Source of the DNA: Bacillota bacterium
Lineage (GTDB): Bacteria > Bacillota > Sulfobacillia > Fermentithermobacillales > Fermentithermobacillaceae
NCBI GenBank assembly: GCA_040771825.1
Contig: JAXGZG010000005.1
Span: 99,640-163,639, forward strand
Direction of reading: 5' to 3'
Length of the DNA: 64,000 nucleotides
This document shows, in pieces, positions 18,947 to 28,977 of the stretch. Position 1 is the stretch's first letter, and each line of letters starts with the position of its first letter. The position numbers and the translations under genes are program-made. The notes under the pieces are model-generated. The model was not told the DNA's origin. It saw only the letters and a list, made by a program, of their open reading frames with translations, and ran no database searches.

Positions 18947-19906
18947 TCACCTTTTCACGCCGGACGCCACCAGAGTATCCTTCCCCATCCCACAGACGGA
19001 CGGATGACGATCAAACCTATAGCACATATCCAGGAACTGCGTCCGCAAAGCAGGGGTAAACAGGAGCTTCTTCAGGAAAGGCTGGGGGATGCTCCGTGAC
19101 AGTGCCCCTGGGCCAGCTAATCTAATGTCTCGTAGCCCCGCCTCCTGCAAGACATGTGCCAGCTCCTCCGGCAAAAAGCAATATGTGACCGGCCAAGGCG
19201 TCCCGCCGCGCTCCATCTTCGCGTAGACTGCGTCCGGGTCTTCAAGCAGGCCAGTGTCAAGGAAGCGCTCTTGATCCTCGAAGTCAGGACACCATGCTTC
19301 CCACGTTTCCCTGGTTGGAGCCGGATACCACTTCAGGAGCGGGTCACCGTCGTCTTGCTCAACAAGATACTGGCGCTTCTGCGCCGGATTATACGAGTAT
19401 GGAAGAAACCCCAACCTGCCGGCCACGCTGACCACGACAGCCTTCCGAGCAACCCGGACAAGGTCAGAAAGCACTTGGTTCTGCTTCGGGTACACGTACG
19501 ATACGGGAGCATCGACGCTGACCACCAGGTCGAACCTGTCGTCGGGGTACCGAGCGAGGTCAGTGATGCGCGAGTTCACGAAGACCATACGATCAAGAAC
19601 TCCTGCCGCTTCAGCCAATTCTCTGGCCTTTGTCAGCATGGAATCAGATACGTCCAGATGAGTAACCTCCAAACCTCGTTTTGCCAGTGGTATGCTGAAT
19701 CGCCCTACTCCCGCCCCAGCATCAAGAACAGTAGTCAAACCGATCAACAAGGAATCGATCGCACGATCGAGATGGTCTTTCTGAATGATGTCATCCATGA
19801 ACAAGCTCTCTCGTCTGGATTCCTCTTCGCCTTTCGTGGGCAGATTCCAGAATCTCGCAGCTACATCCTCATAATCTCGTGACACTCGGCTCACTCCTCC
19901 ATCCAC
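18947..19906 (-). CDS. class I SAM-dependent methyltransferase
   Basis: 319-aa ORF with the SAM loop VLDAGAGVGRFS and an acidic HLDVSDSM strand. Confidence 0.8.
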   Translation of the reverse strand: MDGGVSRVSRDYEDVAARFWNLPTKGEEESRRESLFMDDIIQKDHLDRAIDSLLIGLTTVLDAGAGVGRFSIPLAKRGLEVTHLDVSDSMLTKARELAEAAGVLDRMVFVNSRITDLARYPDDRFDLVVSVDAPVSYVYPKQNQVLSDLVRVARKAVVVSVAGRLGFLPYSYNPAQKRQYLVEQDDGDPLLKWYPAPTRETWEAWCPDFEDQERFLDTGLLEDPDAVYAKMERGGTPWPVTYCFLPEELAHVLQEAGLRDIRLAGPGALSRSIPQPFLKKLLFTPALRTQFLDMCYRFDRHPSVCGMGKDTLVASGVKR

Positions 19907-20245
19907 AGTGTAAGTCTACTCCTCAACTCACCGTGCTCGGCCGTGCCCTCATCACCGTGAGGCCGCCCCTCCCCACCCCTCATCGCGGTGCGCCCGCTTC
20001 AAAAGGGAGCGTCCACCCAAGACCATCTAGCGGACCCCATCCTAGTCGCAGACGGATACCCGTTCGCGTTTACGGGCTATTTCCTCCTCCCCATACATCC
20101 ACAAGTATTCTTCTACCTCGAGGTCGAATCCGAGTCTTCTCGCCATTTCAAAAGCGGTCTTGTCAAAGGTATCTATGGAGAGACAACTCGGGCCGCGATA
20201 ATCCAGATTGCTGCGCCATCGCTGCGTTATTTGGTCGGGGCGATG

Positions 20246-23062
20246 TCATGAGAGTAATGAGACAAAACTGAGCGCCCTTTCATAGATCTCGGCATATTTC
20301 AGCCGCTTTGCAGAGGCCCAATGGGCTTCAAAATTAGATAGATATTCTCCCTTGTAAAGCGACAGGATCGTTTGCGCCCCTTTGCGGTTTCCATTTTGCT
20401 CAAAGTCCCGGGCGGCCTCCTCAAGAAGGTCGGCATCAGTCGCAATTTCGTCCCGCCGGATGCTGTAATGTCTCCCGATATTTACGACGGGGTTTTCCAG
20501 GCCGAGCGCGGAAAGGTCCTTTTTTATGTAGGACAGATTTACGCCGATCAGCTTCTTCACGTCGTTGGAGTCCGAGTCGTACCAAAGCGCCTCATAGATC
20601 TGTTCCTTTGTGACGCCCCTGTCCCCCGCGTCAAGTAGAAAGGCCAGAAGCTCGCGCTCTTTTTTCGAGTGCGTTTTGAGCGGTCTCCTTCTGTCCTGAT
20701 ACGGGAAAACGAAAAACCCGCCCAAGGTCGCAACATAGGCTTTTTTGACTGCAAAACCGGCGAAAGCCATCATCTCCCGCGTGATCTCGGGCTCAATCCC
20801 GCTAGACAAAGCAAATTCGAGGATGGGGTCATAAGCCTTTCGCATCCTAAAAAACTCATAGCTGCCGTTTTCATGACAGAGCGGCAGAAAACGCTTGGTA
20901 AGGCGGGAGGCCTCCTCATAGTCCCCGCGCGCCAGGGCGATCCTCGCCAGAAGGCCATAAGCCAGCGTCCCGATCATCATCATGTCCGCCCGCTCCCCGA
21001 TTTCTATGGAACGCTTCGCGCAGTCGGCGGCGCGTTCATAATCAGATACGATCCCGAAATAATGAAAAAGCCTGCCCAGCGCGATGGTCTTAAAATAATC
21101 GCTGACCTTGGGGATATCCTCACATATTTTGTCTATGATTTCTTCTTTGTCCCCGGCGGCAAACAAAAGGCCGTATATATTATACAGAAATTTCGCCAGA
21201 TTCATCTGCAGCTGGGTTTTCCTATAGAGCGGCGCATATTCGCTTGCCAGGGTAAAATACCGAACGGTCTTCTCAAAGGTCGCGCTACCCCCGTTTAGCC
21301 GATCGATGCTGGTGTTTTGGAAGTGTATTTCTGCCGCGAGCAAGTAACCCATCCAAAGCTCCTCATATCTTCCGGCACTCCTGAGTCGAGAGAGTTCGGC
21401 AGTCACCATGGCGACTGCCCTGTCACGCTGCCCGAGCATCTGATAAGCCTTTGCCACGCAGATATCGACACTGTGCATGTCCAGATATGATCGTTCGTTT
21501 GCCTGCATCTCCAAGGACTTTTCATAACAGTAAACGGAATCCTTCATCCGGCCCGCGACGAAATGAATCACGCTCAAATATCGCTCGTACCAGGCCCTTA
21601 CCTTGATATTGCCCGATTTGGCGCAGGCTTCGACCATCCGGCGGCAAAGGGCATAGGCTTCTTTTATCTGCGAGTTCCAGCACAGGTTATAGATCTTTTC
21701 GATCACAACGCCGTAGGAGCGCTCGGACGCGGGATCGTCAAGCTCTGCGATCAACTCGTCCAGCAGCTTGTTTGATTCCTCGAAGGAGATGAAGTTCCGA
21801 AGCACCCGCGCCTTGTGCGTCATGGCCTCAACATAAAGCTCGCGGTCGTCTTTACAAAGTTGCGGGATCGCCGCATCCAGGCAGGCGGAGGCTTCGGTGA
21901 AGTTCCCGATGCTAGATAAATAAACACCTTTTGCGACCAGAAGTTCCCGGTCTGAAGCCACGCCCTCGTCCCCGAGCGCCTGAAACCATACCCTCAGCTC
22001 ATGAAAACTGCCTTTCTTGACATAGTCCCGGTAGCAGATGAGGATAATCTGCCGGAGCCTTTGGCTGTCTTTCAATCGTATTGCGTATTTTGTGGCCTCG
22101 GAAAACTGCTTTCTTTCGAAGTAATAATCGGCAGCACGCTTCTGCAGCAGGTCGGATCGCGCACTGTCAGTATTTTTCAAGAGATAGTCCCGAAACAGGG
22201 TGTGATAGCGGTAATAACCGCCCTCGGTCTTGATCGTGAAAATATTGCGCGTCACAAGGCTTTCCAAAATAAGCCGTGTATTTTTTCGGTCCAGAAGCAC
22301 GTTTAGCATCTCGGGCTCAAGCTCCTCAAAGCACGCGGAGCTTTTGAGAAAATCTGCCGTTTCGGGTGAAAGACGGCTCAGGCACTCATAGAAAAGGTAG
22401 GAATAGAGCGCCTCGCTGCTACGGGCGCGGACATCGTCCATCGAGACGCCGTTTTCCAGAAGCACCTTAAAGGAACCGACAGCGATGGGCCATCCTTCCG
22501 TTAGGCGGTAGATGTCCGCATCGGCAAAGCCCAGGATTTTCGCAGTCTCGTCCATAGTGAAAGCAAGGTCCTTTTGCGCAAGCTCCAAAATGCCGCCCCT
22601 GACGCGGAAAGGCGCGAAATCCTGCCACGGGACCTCGCGGCTCGACAGACAGAAGCGGATGTGTTCGGGGCTGTATTTCACGATGCATGCGATCAGCGCG
22701 TGGACCTCTGGCGCATCTATGGTGTGGAGATCGTCCAGAAAAATCACGCACTCCTTGCGATAATTCTCGATGCTGCTGATGAAAGCGTTGGAAATGATTG
22801 TGATGAAGTTGCTGTTCTTTTCAAAAGGCAGATATTCCGACGCGTTAAAGGCATAATCGGGAAAGGTCTGCCGAATAGCCATGCTCAAGAGGTCGAGAAA
22901 GGAAAAAACGTCGCTTTCCCCGTCCAGGATGGCCCAAACGGAGCTCGGCGCGCAGAATGCAATCTGAGACAGCAGGGTGGTTTTGCCGTAGCCCGCCCCG
23001 GCGTGTATATAGGTAAGCTGCCTTGGGTTCTCCAACACGGCGTTGACAAGACCTTTTCTCAT
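20246..23062 (-). CDS. large STAND-type ATPase transcriptional regulator with C-terminal winged-helix + BTAD-like module
   Basis: Preferred start is the ATG at 23062, 4 nt after AGGAGAG. Walker A GAGYGKTTLLSQ, Walker B VIFLDDLH, and a long TPR-like helical region. The C-terminus has KERELLAFLLDAGDRGVTKEQIYEALW (OmpR/trans_reg_C-like wHTH) followed by a BTAD-like LYKGEYLSNFEAHWA... Confidence 0.75.
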   Translation of the reverse strand: MRKGLVNAVLENPRQLTYIHAGAGYGKTTLLSQIAFCAPSSVWAILDGESDVFSFLDLLSMAIRQTFPDYAFNASEYLPFEKNSNFITIISNAFISSIENYRKECVIFLDDLHTIDAPEVHALIACIVKYSPEHIRFCLSSREVPWQDFAPFRVRGGILELAQKDLAFTMDETAKILGFADADIYRLTEGWPIAVGSFKVLLENGVSMDDVRARSSEALYSYLFYECLSRLSPETADFLKSSACFEELEPEMLNVLLDRKNTRLILESLVTRNIFTIKTEGGYYRYHTLFRDYLLKNTDSARSDLLQKRAADYYFERKQFSEATKYAIRLKDSQRLRQIILICYRDYVKKGSFHELRVWFQALGDEGVASDRELLVAKGVYLSSIGNFTEASACLDAAIPQLCKDDRELYVEAMTHKARVLRNFISFEESNKLLDELIAELDDPASERSYGVVIEKIYNLCWNSQIKEAYALCRRMVEACAKSGNIKVRAWYERYLSVIHFVAGRMKDSVYCYEKSLEMQANERSYLDMHSVDICVAKAYQMLGQRDRAVAMVTAELSRLRSAGRYEELWMGYLLAAEIHFQNTSIDRLNGGSATFEKTVRYFTLASEYAPLYRKTQLQMNLAKFLYNIYGLLFAAGDKEEIIDKICEDIPKVSDYFKTIALGRLFHYFGIVSDYERAADCAKRSIEIGERADMMMIGTLAYGLLARIALARGDYEEASRLTKRFLPLCHENGSYEFFRMRKAYDPILEFALSSGIEPEITREMMAFAGFAVKKAYVATLGGFFVFPYQDRRRPLKTHSKKERELLAFLLDAGDRGVTKEQIYEALWYDSDSNDVKKLIGVNLSYIKKDLSALGLENPVVNIGRHYSIRRDEIATDADLLEEAARDFEQNGNRKGAQTILSLYKGEYLSNFEAHWASAKRLKYAEIYERALSFVSLLS

Positions 23063-23180
23063 TAACTCTCCTGCGGCAGCCTTAGGAACTGTCAGCCTGA
23101 CACTCGATATACTCACCCTTATCTCGCCCCCTACACATTTTGACATAATGCGATACGAATTTGCATGCATCTGGCCTTTA

Positions 23181-23215
23181 TTAGCGGTTTCGTTAGCGGT
23201 TTCATTAGCGGTTTT
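23181..23215 (+). promoter_or_regulatory. three tandem 12-bp direct repeats (TTAGCGGTTTCN) in the divergent intergenic region
   Basis: TTAGCGGTTTC occurs at 23181 and 23193, and TTAGCGGTTTT at 23205. The array lies between the regulator start (23062) and the small ORF / giant surface protein genes. It is a candidate operator for the adjacent wHTH regulator. Confidence 0.4.
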
Positions 23216-23291
23216 CGCTTTACAGTTAGAGCGGTCGGACCGTGGGGCCGGCTATCTTAACGTCGAACAGATTCTGAAGGGTGTTGGCGCG

Positions 23292-23579
23292 ATGGAAAAC
23301 AGAAAAGAGCAGGCCAAAAGACCCAGCGTCAAACCTGCGGAGCGGGCGCCGGAAACCTTGGGTCGCGCTTGTCCCTGCGGCGTACCGGAAAACGAGTTTC
23401 CGTGTATGGATAACTGCTTTCGGAAAAGCGCCGCCGCGCCGGACGGCGGGTACGAGGCGCTCTGCCCGCATTGCGGCATATGGACTTCCTTACCGGAGGG
23501 AGCGGCCCTCAAAGTGACCCGTATTTTTGACTGTGCCTTGATGGGTTATGGCAAGCGAGTAACCGAGGAGGATAGGTAA
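23292..23579 (+). CDS. small Cys-rich (zinc-ribbon-like) protein
   Basis: 95-aa ORF from the internal ATG at 23292. Cys pattern CPCG...C...C...CPHC...C. Its last codons carry the GAGGAGGA SD of the next gene, and its stop lies 1 nt before that gene's ATG, indicating translational coupling. Confidence 0.5.
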   Translation: MENRKEQAKRPSVKPAERAPETLGRACPCGVPENEFPCMDNCFRKSAAAPDGGYEALCPHCGIWTSLPEGAALKVTRIFDCALMGYGKRVTEEDR

Positions 23580-23580
23580 A

Positions 23581-26500
23581 ATGAACAAGAGAGCATTCCG
23601 CATTTTAACGATGTTATGCCTGACGATAGGCCTCCTTCTCACTTTGGCGACATCGGCCAACGCGGTGGACCTGACGACGAACTATTATATCAGTGGCAGC
23701 CCTGGCGCGTATTCTGTGGGTAGATCCGCGGGGGGTACGGAAATCGGCAAGGATTATGCCACGTTGGCCGAGGCGCTTTCCGCTTGCAGTAGTGATTGGG
23801 CCGAGCCCGGCACGCCTGTGATTCAGCTCGGTAGCGCGGACTCGCCGCTCTCCGTCAAGCGCGGCGACGGCGCGCTGATCTCAGCCACCTATACAGGCGC
23901 TGTAAATATCGAACATGCCTCCAGCACATACGGCCTTTGGGTGGGTAAAGATGCCCCGGTGGAGTTGCGTGACTTCACGCTGACAAACAGCTTGGAAGGC
24001 ATCGGCGGTGAATATAACGCCGTTTATGTGTACATCGGCGGCAAGCTGACCATCGGCTCCGGAACCAACATCATCGTGAAAGATGGCGGCGCTTACAACG
24101 CTAATCCCAACGCGCTGTACAATGATGGCACTGTTACTATTAACGGTGATGCCCTCCTTTCGATTGAGAATAAAGGCCGGGTTATTACTAATTGCGGTAC
24201 CTGTACCATCGGTGGAAATGCGGAAGACTGTATTGACATCTCCGCTTCGTCATCGAGCGGGAGCATCTTAAATTTCAATAGCGGAATTCTGACAATCGGC
24301 ACGGGGACCACAGTCAGCTCTAGTGCCGGATTGGAAAACTATAACATTGCCACCATTTCCGGCGGTACCCTTGTGTCATCCAAAACCACCGTCAAAAATG
24401 ACGGTCGCGGTACGCTATACATAAGCGGGGGAACAGTCAGAAATACCGACACGAATGGCTCATCCAACGCGCTGTATAACAACAGTACTGCCGTCGTCAG
24501 CGGGGGCGTAATCACCTCGGACAGCTCGTGTGCCATCTTGACAATGTACAGACTGACTCTCAAAGGCGACTGTCAAGTCGGCGCCCCAAACGGAACGGCT
24601 GTAGGTTCCAACACTAATACCAAGGCCAACAGCGAGATCATTATCCGAGAAAACGCATCGATCACCGGGAAGACCACCGGCGTTGAGGCTTCCGCCGCCA
24701 ACGGAAGCGGCGGAACTTCCACGCTGACAATCACAGGCGGTAGCATTTCCGGAAACACCCGTGCCGTGAAGACCTCCGCAAATACAGAAATTTCCGGCGG
24801 CACCCTTTCTGCGTCCGGCTCGAGCAGTACCAACAGTTTCGCGCTTGAATGTTCCGGCGGTGCCACGGTAAATATCAGCAGCGGTGAGCTCATTGCGGAC
24901 AGCGAGAGAAACTCCGCCTATGGGATATATAATAAAGGTTCTACCGTCAATTTTTCCGGCGGCAGTGTGGTGGCTGGTTGTACCACATCAGATGCTGTGA
25001 GGGTGTACGGCATTTATAATTATGATAATGCCACAACCAATATTAGCGGCGGCTCCGTCACCGCCAAGACAGACGTCAGCGCCCCGAATGCGCTAATATA
25101 CGGGCTTCATAACAAAAACTCCACCGCCAACATCACCGGAGGCACCATTTCGAGCGAAGGATCCAACAACGCGGCTTTCGCCGTGTACGATGAGGAAAGC
25201 GCGTCACCCAAGGGGGTTTTCATCCGCGACACGTCCGTTCTAAGATCCGTGTCGCCGAATACCGTCCGTCTGGAGAAGAGGGCTACGGATTCAGGCGCGC
25301 TCACCTATTTCGGAACTTCATTTTACTCCAATGCGAATGCTGTGGTTACCATTCAGGGTGCGCAAGACGAAGCAGCTGCCGCTTATGTAATAGACGGCAG
25401 CAACTTTGCCAACGCACAGGCATGCGCCCTGCCGGACGCAGGGTACGGCTCACCCCGGTGGACAAGCGACGCCGAAAGGACAAATATCCTCAGCGAGGCA
25501 AGCCCCGCCTCTCTCTCGACCCTGATGGCTGGTGGAAGTGCCTCGGTCTATCTCAGCGTGAAACGGATCTATACGGTCACAGTGAATCAGGGCGCTTACG
25601 GCACCGCGGGGGCCGACGTGAGCAGCCTGGCCGCAGGCGAGATCGTGACGCTGACCGCAACACCGCATTACGGCTACTCCTTTGCCGGATGGACTTCTGC
25701 CTCCGGCGTAGCCTTTACGGATGCCTCCGCCCCGAACACCACCTTCACCATGCCCGCGAATGCGGTAGCGGTTACGGCAAACTGGAGGGCAAATCAATAT
25801 ACCGTGACCTTCTCCCCAAACGGGGGCTCGGAAGTCTCACCGATAACGCAAGATTACAATACGAAGATTACTTCCGCACCCTACACGGGAAAGCCGGGAT
25901 ATACCTTTGCGGGCTGGTTTGCCGACGAGGGGCTTAACACGGCGGTTGGCTTTCCTTATATCATTGCCGGGAGTACAACCCTCTACGCCAAATGGACTCC
26001 AAATACATACACGCTGACATTCGACAGTAACGGTGGCTCCGCGGAGACCGCTATAACGGCCGCATACGGGGATGCCTTAACTCTTCCGACGCCCACGCGC
26101 CCAAATTTCGCATTTAGTGGATGGTATGAGAGCGAGACGGGCAACAACGGCAGCGGCATGGAGTTTACCGCGGCGGCAATGCCTGACCTGGGTGCCGATG
26201 GAACTACGAAGACTCTTTACGCAAAGTGGACAGCCAAAGAGGAAATCGGTTATGCCCCGGCGCCTCAGTCCTATACCTACGGCACACCCGGCGCGGCATA
26301 TACCGTAAGCCATCTATCGCTGTCCGGATTCACTGTGCAATACGATGCCGACAGCGCTTGGACAGCAACGCCGCCGACGGAGGCGGGGTCGTACAACGTC
26401 CGTATCACCCGTGCGGAGGATACAACATACGCCTCTTACGACTCGGGAACGCTTGACGACCACTTTGCAATTAACCCTGCAACACTTACGGTCACGATCA

Positions 26501-28578
26501 GGTCCGGACTCACTATTACAAAGGCTTATGACGAAAATGCGACGGTTGACGGCGTTCAGAGCGACTGGCTCCTCGTCAACGGGCTGAAGAACGGCGAGAC
26601 GGCAACAGCCGGCGGCACATGGAGCTACGCCAACGCCGACGCAGGAACCGGCAAGGCGGTCAATATCACCGGCATCAGCATTACCTACGGAACCGCGAGC
26701 AGCGGCAACTACACCTACACGCCCGCCTCGCTTTCCACGACGGGCGAAATCACCAATGCATCCCAGCCGGTGACGAGCGTAACGATTAACTACGCGGCAG
26801 AAATCGCTGATACCACCGTGCTCATGGAATACAGCGCAAACGGAACAGACTGGACTGACTGCACCGCGGATATGGTTATCGCCTCCGGCTGGTTTGGTGA
26901 CAACGTGTACTTCCGATTGAAAGCCAAACCCAATTACGACGCCGGCGCGACGCAGACGCTAAGTATCCCCGCAAGACCGACGACTCCCGCTGCGACGGGA
27001 ACAGATGAAACCTTCTTCGGGCAGGGTAACGGTTCCATATCGGGCGTAAGCGCCGTAATGGAGTACAAAGCCGGAGCGGACGGAAGCTGGCAGAACGTCA
27101 CCGGCACGGAACCAACCGGCCTTACGGCGGGGACCTATCACATCCGCGTAATGGCGACGGAAAGTAGCTTCAAAAGCCTTGAGCAGGAGCTTATTCTGCA
27201 AAACGGCCCGAAACTTACCGTGACCTTTGACGCGCAGGGCGGAAGCGCCGTGGACAGCTGCACCGACTTGAGCTATGGCACCTTGCTGCGGGAACCCGCC
27301 GCTCCCACAAGGGAGGGCTACACTTTCGCCGGCTGGCATAAGGAAAGCACGCTTGAAAACGCCTGGGATTTCGAAACTGACAGGGTGACGGCAAACATCA
27401 CCGTTTGGGCGAAGTGGACGCGTAACCCCGATGACAGCGAAGGCACAGTCACGCAACAACCCAAAACCATCACCGTTACCGAGACGTCGAGCAGCCTGTT
27501 CATGGGGAGCGAAGGGCATATCAGCGCCAGCGCCGATATGGATAAGGCCTTTGCAAGTTCGGTCGAGGTGAAGGTCACCGATACCAAGGAGGACAAAGCA
27601 GTATTCGGCTTTGCCGCCGGCGTTGAGGTTTACCCATTTGATATCTCCCTGTACATCAAAGGCACAAACCAAAAAACAGAGCCGGCGGCAGGCTATTCGG
27701 TAATAATCTCTTTGCCGGTGCCCAAAAGCCTCTTGGATGTAAAGGATCTTATCTCCGTCGTGCACAAGTCCGGAAGCGGCGCCGTGTCGACGCTGGCTTC
27801 AAGGCTTGAGCAGAAAAACGGCGCCTGGTACCTCACGTTCGAGGCGACGGAGTTCTCGCCCTACGCGCTGGTGGTTAGAAACGCCGGAAGCTACGACGAG
27901 TCGGCGGGTGTGCCGTATTATCTTGATGCGGAAGGAAGCAGGGTGTTCATCGGTTTTGCGGCAAACGGCAGATATATCTCCCCCGAAGGCGTGAGCGTGT
28001 ATGCGGCACAGAACGGTAAGAGCTTCACGGATGTCTCTGGGCACTGGGCGCAAAGCTATATCGGCTTTGTAACCGAGCGTGAGCTGTTCCTCGGCACAGG
28101 GGGCAATGCCTTCTCCCCGGATGCCGGGATGACCCGCGCCATGTTCGCGACTGTCGTGGGGCGGCTTTACGAACGCAGCTACGGTGAAATCGACGCCCCG
28201 AATACCCACACCTTCACCGACTGCGACTATTCCGATTATTACGGCAAATACGTGGACTGGGCGGCGAAGAACGGTATCATCGCGGGCTATGGAAACGGGG
28301 TCTTCGGCCCGGACGACTCCATCACCAGGGAGCAGATGGCGGCGATCCTGTATCGCTTCGCAGACTTCCTCAGGGTGTTGCCGAATGATATGGATGCTAC
28401 GCTTGATTATCTCGATGCGGGCAGCATTTCGAACTATGCGAAAGACGCGGCGCTCTACTGCCAGACTACCGGCGTCATCGGCGGACGCACCGGCGGGGTG
28501 TTTGCTCCGCAGGAAACCGGTACCCGTGCCGAAGTCGCGACGATAGTAAAGAGATTCGTTGAGTCAGTTGTGAAATAG
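23581..28578 (+). CDS. giant SLH-anchored cell-surface protein (beta-helix repeats, Listeria-Bacteroides/Flg_new repeats, three C-terminal SLH domains)
   Basis: Signal peptide ...LLLTLATSANA. About 600 aa of GG(T/S)-type parallel beta-helix-like repeats. Several YTVTF..NGG...GYTFAGW...LYAKWT repeats. The C-terminus carries FTDVSGHWAQSYIGFV, YGKYVDWAAKNGIIAGYGNGVFGP and ISNYAKDAALYCQTTGVIGG SLH modules. Confidence 0.9.
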   Translation: MNKRAFRILTMLCLTIGLLLTLATSANAVDLTTNYYISGSPGAYSVGRSAGGTEIGKDYATLAEALSACSSDWAEPGTPVIQLGSADSPLSVKRGDGALISATYTGAVNIEHASSTYGLWVGKDAPVELRDFTLTNSLEGIGGEYNAVYVYIGGKLTIGSGTNIIVKDGGAYNANPNALYNDGTVTINGDALLSIENKGRVITNCGTCTIGGNAEDCIDISASSSSGSILNFNSGILTIGTGTTVSSSAGLENYNIATISGGTLVSSKTTVKNDGRGTLYISGGTVRNTDTNGSSNALYNNSTAVVSGGVITSDSSCAILTMYRLTLKGDCQVGAPNGTAVGSNTNTKANSEIIIRENASITGKTTGVEASAANGSGGTSTLTITGGSISGNTRAVKTSANTEISGGTLSASGSSSTNSFALECSGGATVNISSGELIADSERNSAYGIYNKGSTVNFSGGSVVAGCTTSDAVRVYGIYNYDNATTNISGGSVTAKTDVSAPNALIYGLHNKNSTANITGGTISSEGSNNAAFAVYDEESASPKGVFIRDTSVLRSVSPNTVRLEKRATDSGALTYFGTSFYSNANAVVTIQGAQDEAAAAYVIDGSNFANAQACALPDAGYGSPRWTSDAERTNILSEASPASLSTLMAGGSASVYLSVKRIYTVTVNQGAYGTAGADVSSLAAGEIVTLTATPHYGYSFAGWTSASGVAFTDASAPNTTFTMPANAVAVTANWRANQYTVTFSPNGGSEVSPITQDYNTKITSAPYTGKPGYTFAGWFADEGLNTAVGFPYIIAGSTTLYAKWTPNTYTLTFDSNGGSAETAITAAYGDALTLPTPTRPNFAFSGWYESETGNNGSGMEFTAAAMPDLGADGTTKTLYAKWTAKEEIGYAPAPQSYTYGTPGAAYTVSHLSLSGFTVQYDADSAWTATPPTEAGSYNVRITRAEDTTYASYDSGTLDDHFAINPATLTVTIRSGLTITKAYDENATVDGVQSDWLLVNGLKNGETATAGGTWSYANADAGTGKAVNITGISITYGTASSGNYTYTPASLSTTGEITNASQPVTSVTINYAAEIADTTVLMEYSANGTDWTDCTADMVIASGWFGDNVYFRLKAKPNYDAGATQTLSIPARPTTPAATGTDETFFGQGNGSISGVSAVMEYKAGADGSWQNVTGTEPTGLTAGTYHIRVMATESSFKSLEQELILQNGPKLTVTFDAQGGSAVDSCTDLSYGTLLREPAAPTREGYTFAGWHKESTLENAWDFETDRVTANITVWAKWTRNPDDSEGTVTQQPKTITVTETSSSLFMGSEGHISASADMDKAFASSVEVKVTDTKEDKAVFGFAAGVEVYPFDISLYIKGTNQKTEPAAGYSVIISLPVPKSLLDVKDLISVVHKSGSGAVSTLASRLEQKNGAWYLTFEATEFSPYALVVRNAGSYDESAGVPYYLDAEGSRVFIGFAANGRYISPEGVSVYAAQNGKSFTDVSGHWAQSYIGFVTERELFLGTGGNAFSPDAGMTRAMFATVVGRLYERSYGEIDAPNTHTFTDCDYSDYYGKYVDWAAKNGIIAGYGNGVFGPDDSITREQMAAILYRFADFLRVLPNDMDATLDYLDAGSISNYAKDAALYCQTTGVIGGRTGGVFAPQETGTRAEVATIVKRFVESVVK

Positions 28579-28653
28579 GCGCGCTATAGGCACCTCAATC
28601 ATATGTTCCTTGCGGAAGATTATCGCCGCGGACGGCCAAAAGGGAGGTGAGTC

Positions 28654-28755
28654 TTGAAGCTTAACCGCCGCGACGCTGAGTGTTCTATCGGCCCGTGCGG
28701 CTGCAATCAACTCATCGCAGACAGTTCCGGTCTTCCGGGGCCATGCCCGGACTGA
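28654..28755 (+). CDS. speculative 33-aa Cys-rich small ORF
   Basis: TTG start 5 nt after a strong AAGGGAGGTGA SD. Peptide is MKLNRRDAECSIGPCGCNQLIADSSGLPGPCPD. There is no other support. Confidence 0.2.
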   Translation: MKLNRRDAECSIGPCGCNQLIADSSGLPGPCPD

Positions 28756-28977
28756 CAGCTCACTCGTGAAGTCTCCCCTTCTCGATGGGCTGTCGAAAGC
28801 CCTTTATGGTACGCCGCGGCTAGAAGACTTCCGAGAAGAGGCGATCCGCAATCGGCGCTTGGGACTGAGGTTACTCATCCTCGCAGGCCAAGCATGTTAT
28901 GCTGCATATTTGGGCGACATCGGCTCACCGGAGGACCGGCTATGAGCCCGTTCAAACTGGTGCCTTGAGTGTCGCCT

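Noticed and set aside
20040-20245. Possible frameshifted XRE-type HTH gene on the minus strand (…AQQSGLSRPELSL / SIDTFDKTAFEMARRLGFDLEVEEYL).
   Set aside because: The two pieces are short and lack a clear start. The join does not reconstruct a full HTH_3 pattern. The evidence is too thin for a feature call.
23043-23291. Upstream part of ORF 23043-23579 and the longer starts (23170, 23146) of the regulator ORF.
   Set aside because: These extensions overlap each other on opposite strands and lack SD sequences. The internal starts at 23292 and 23062 give sensible proteins and leave a normal divergent intergenic region.
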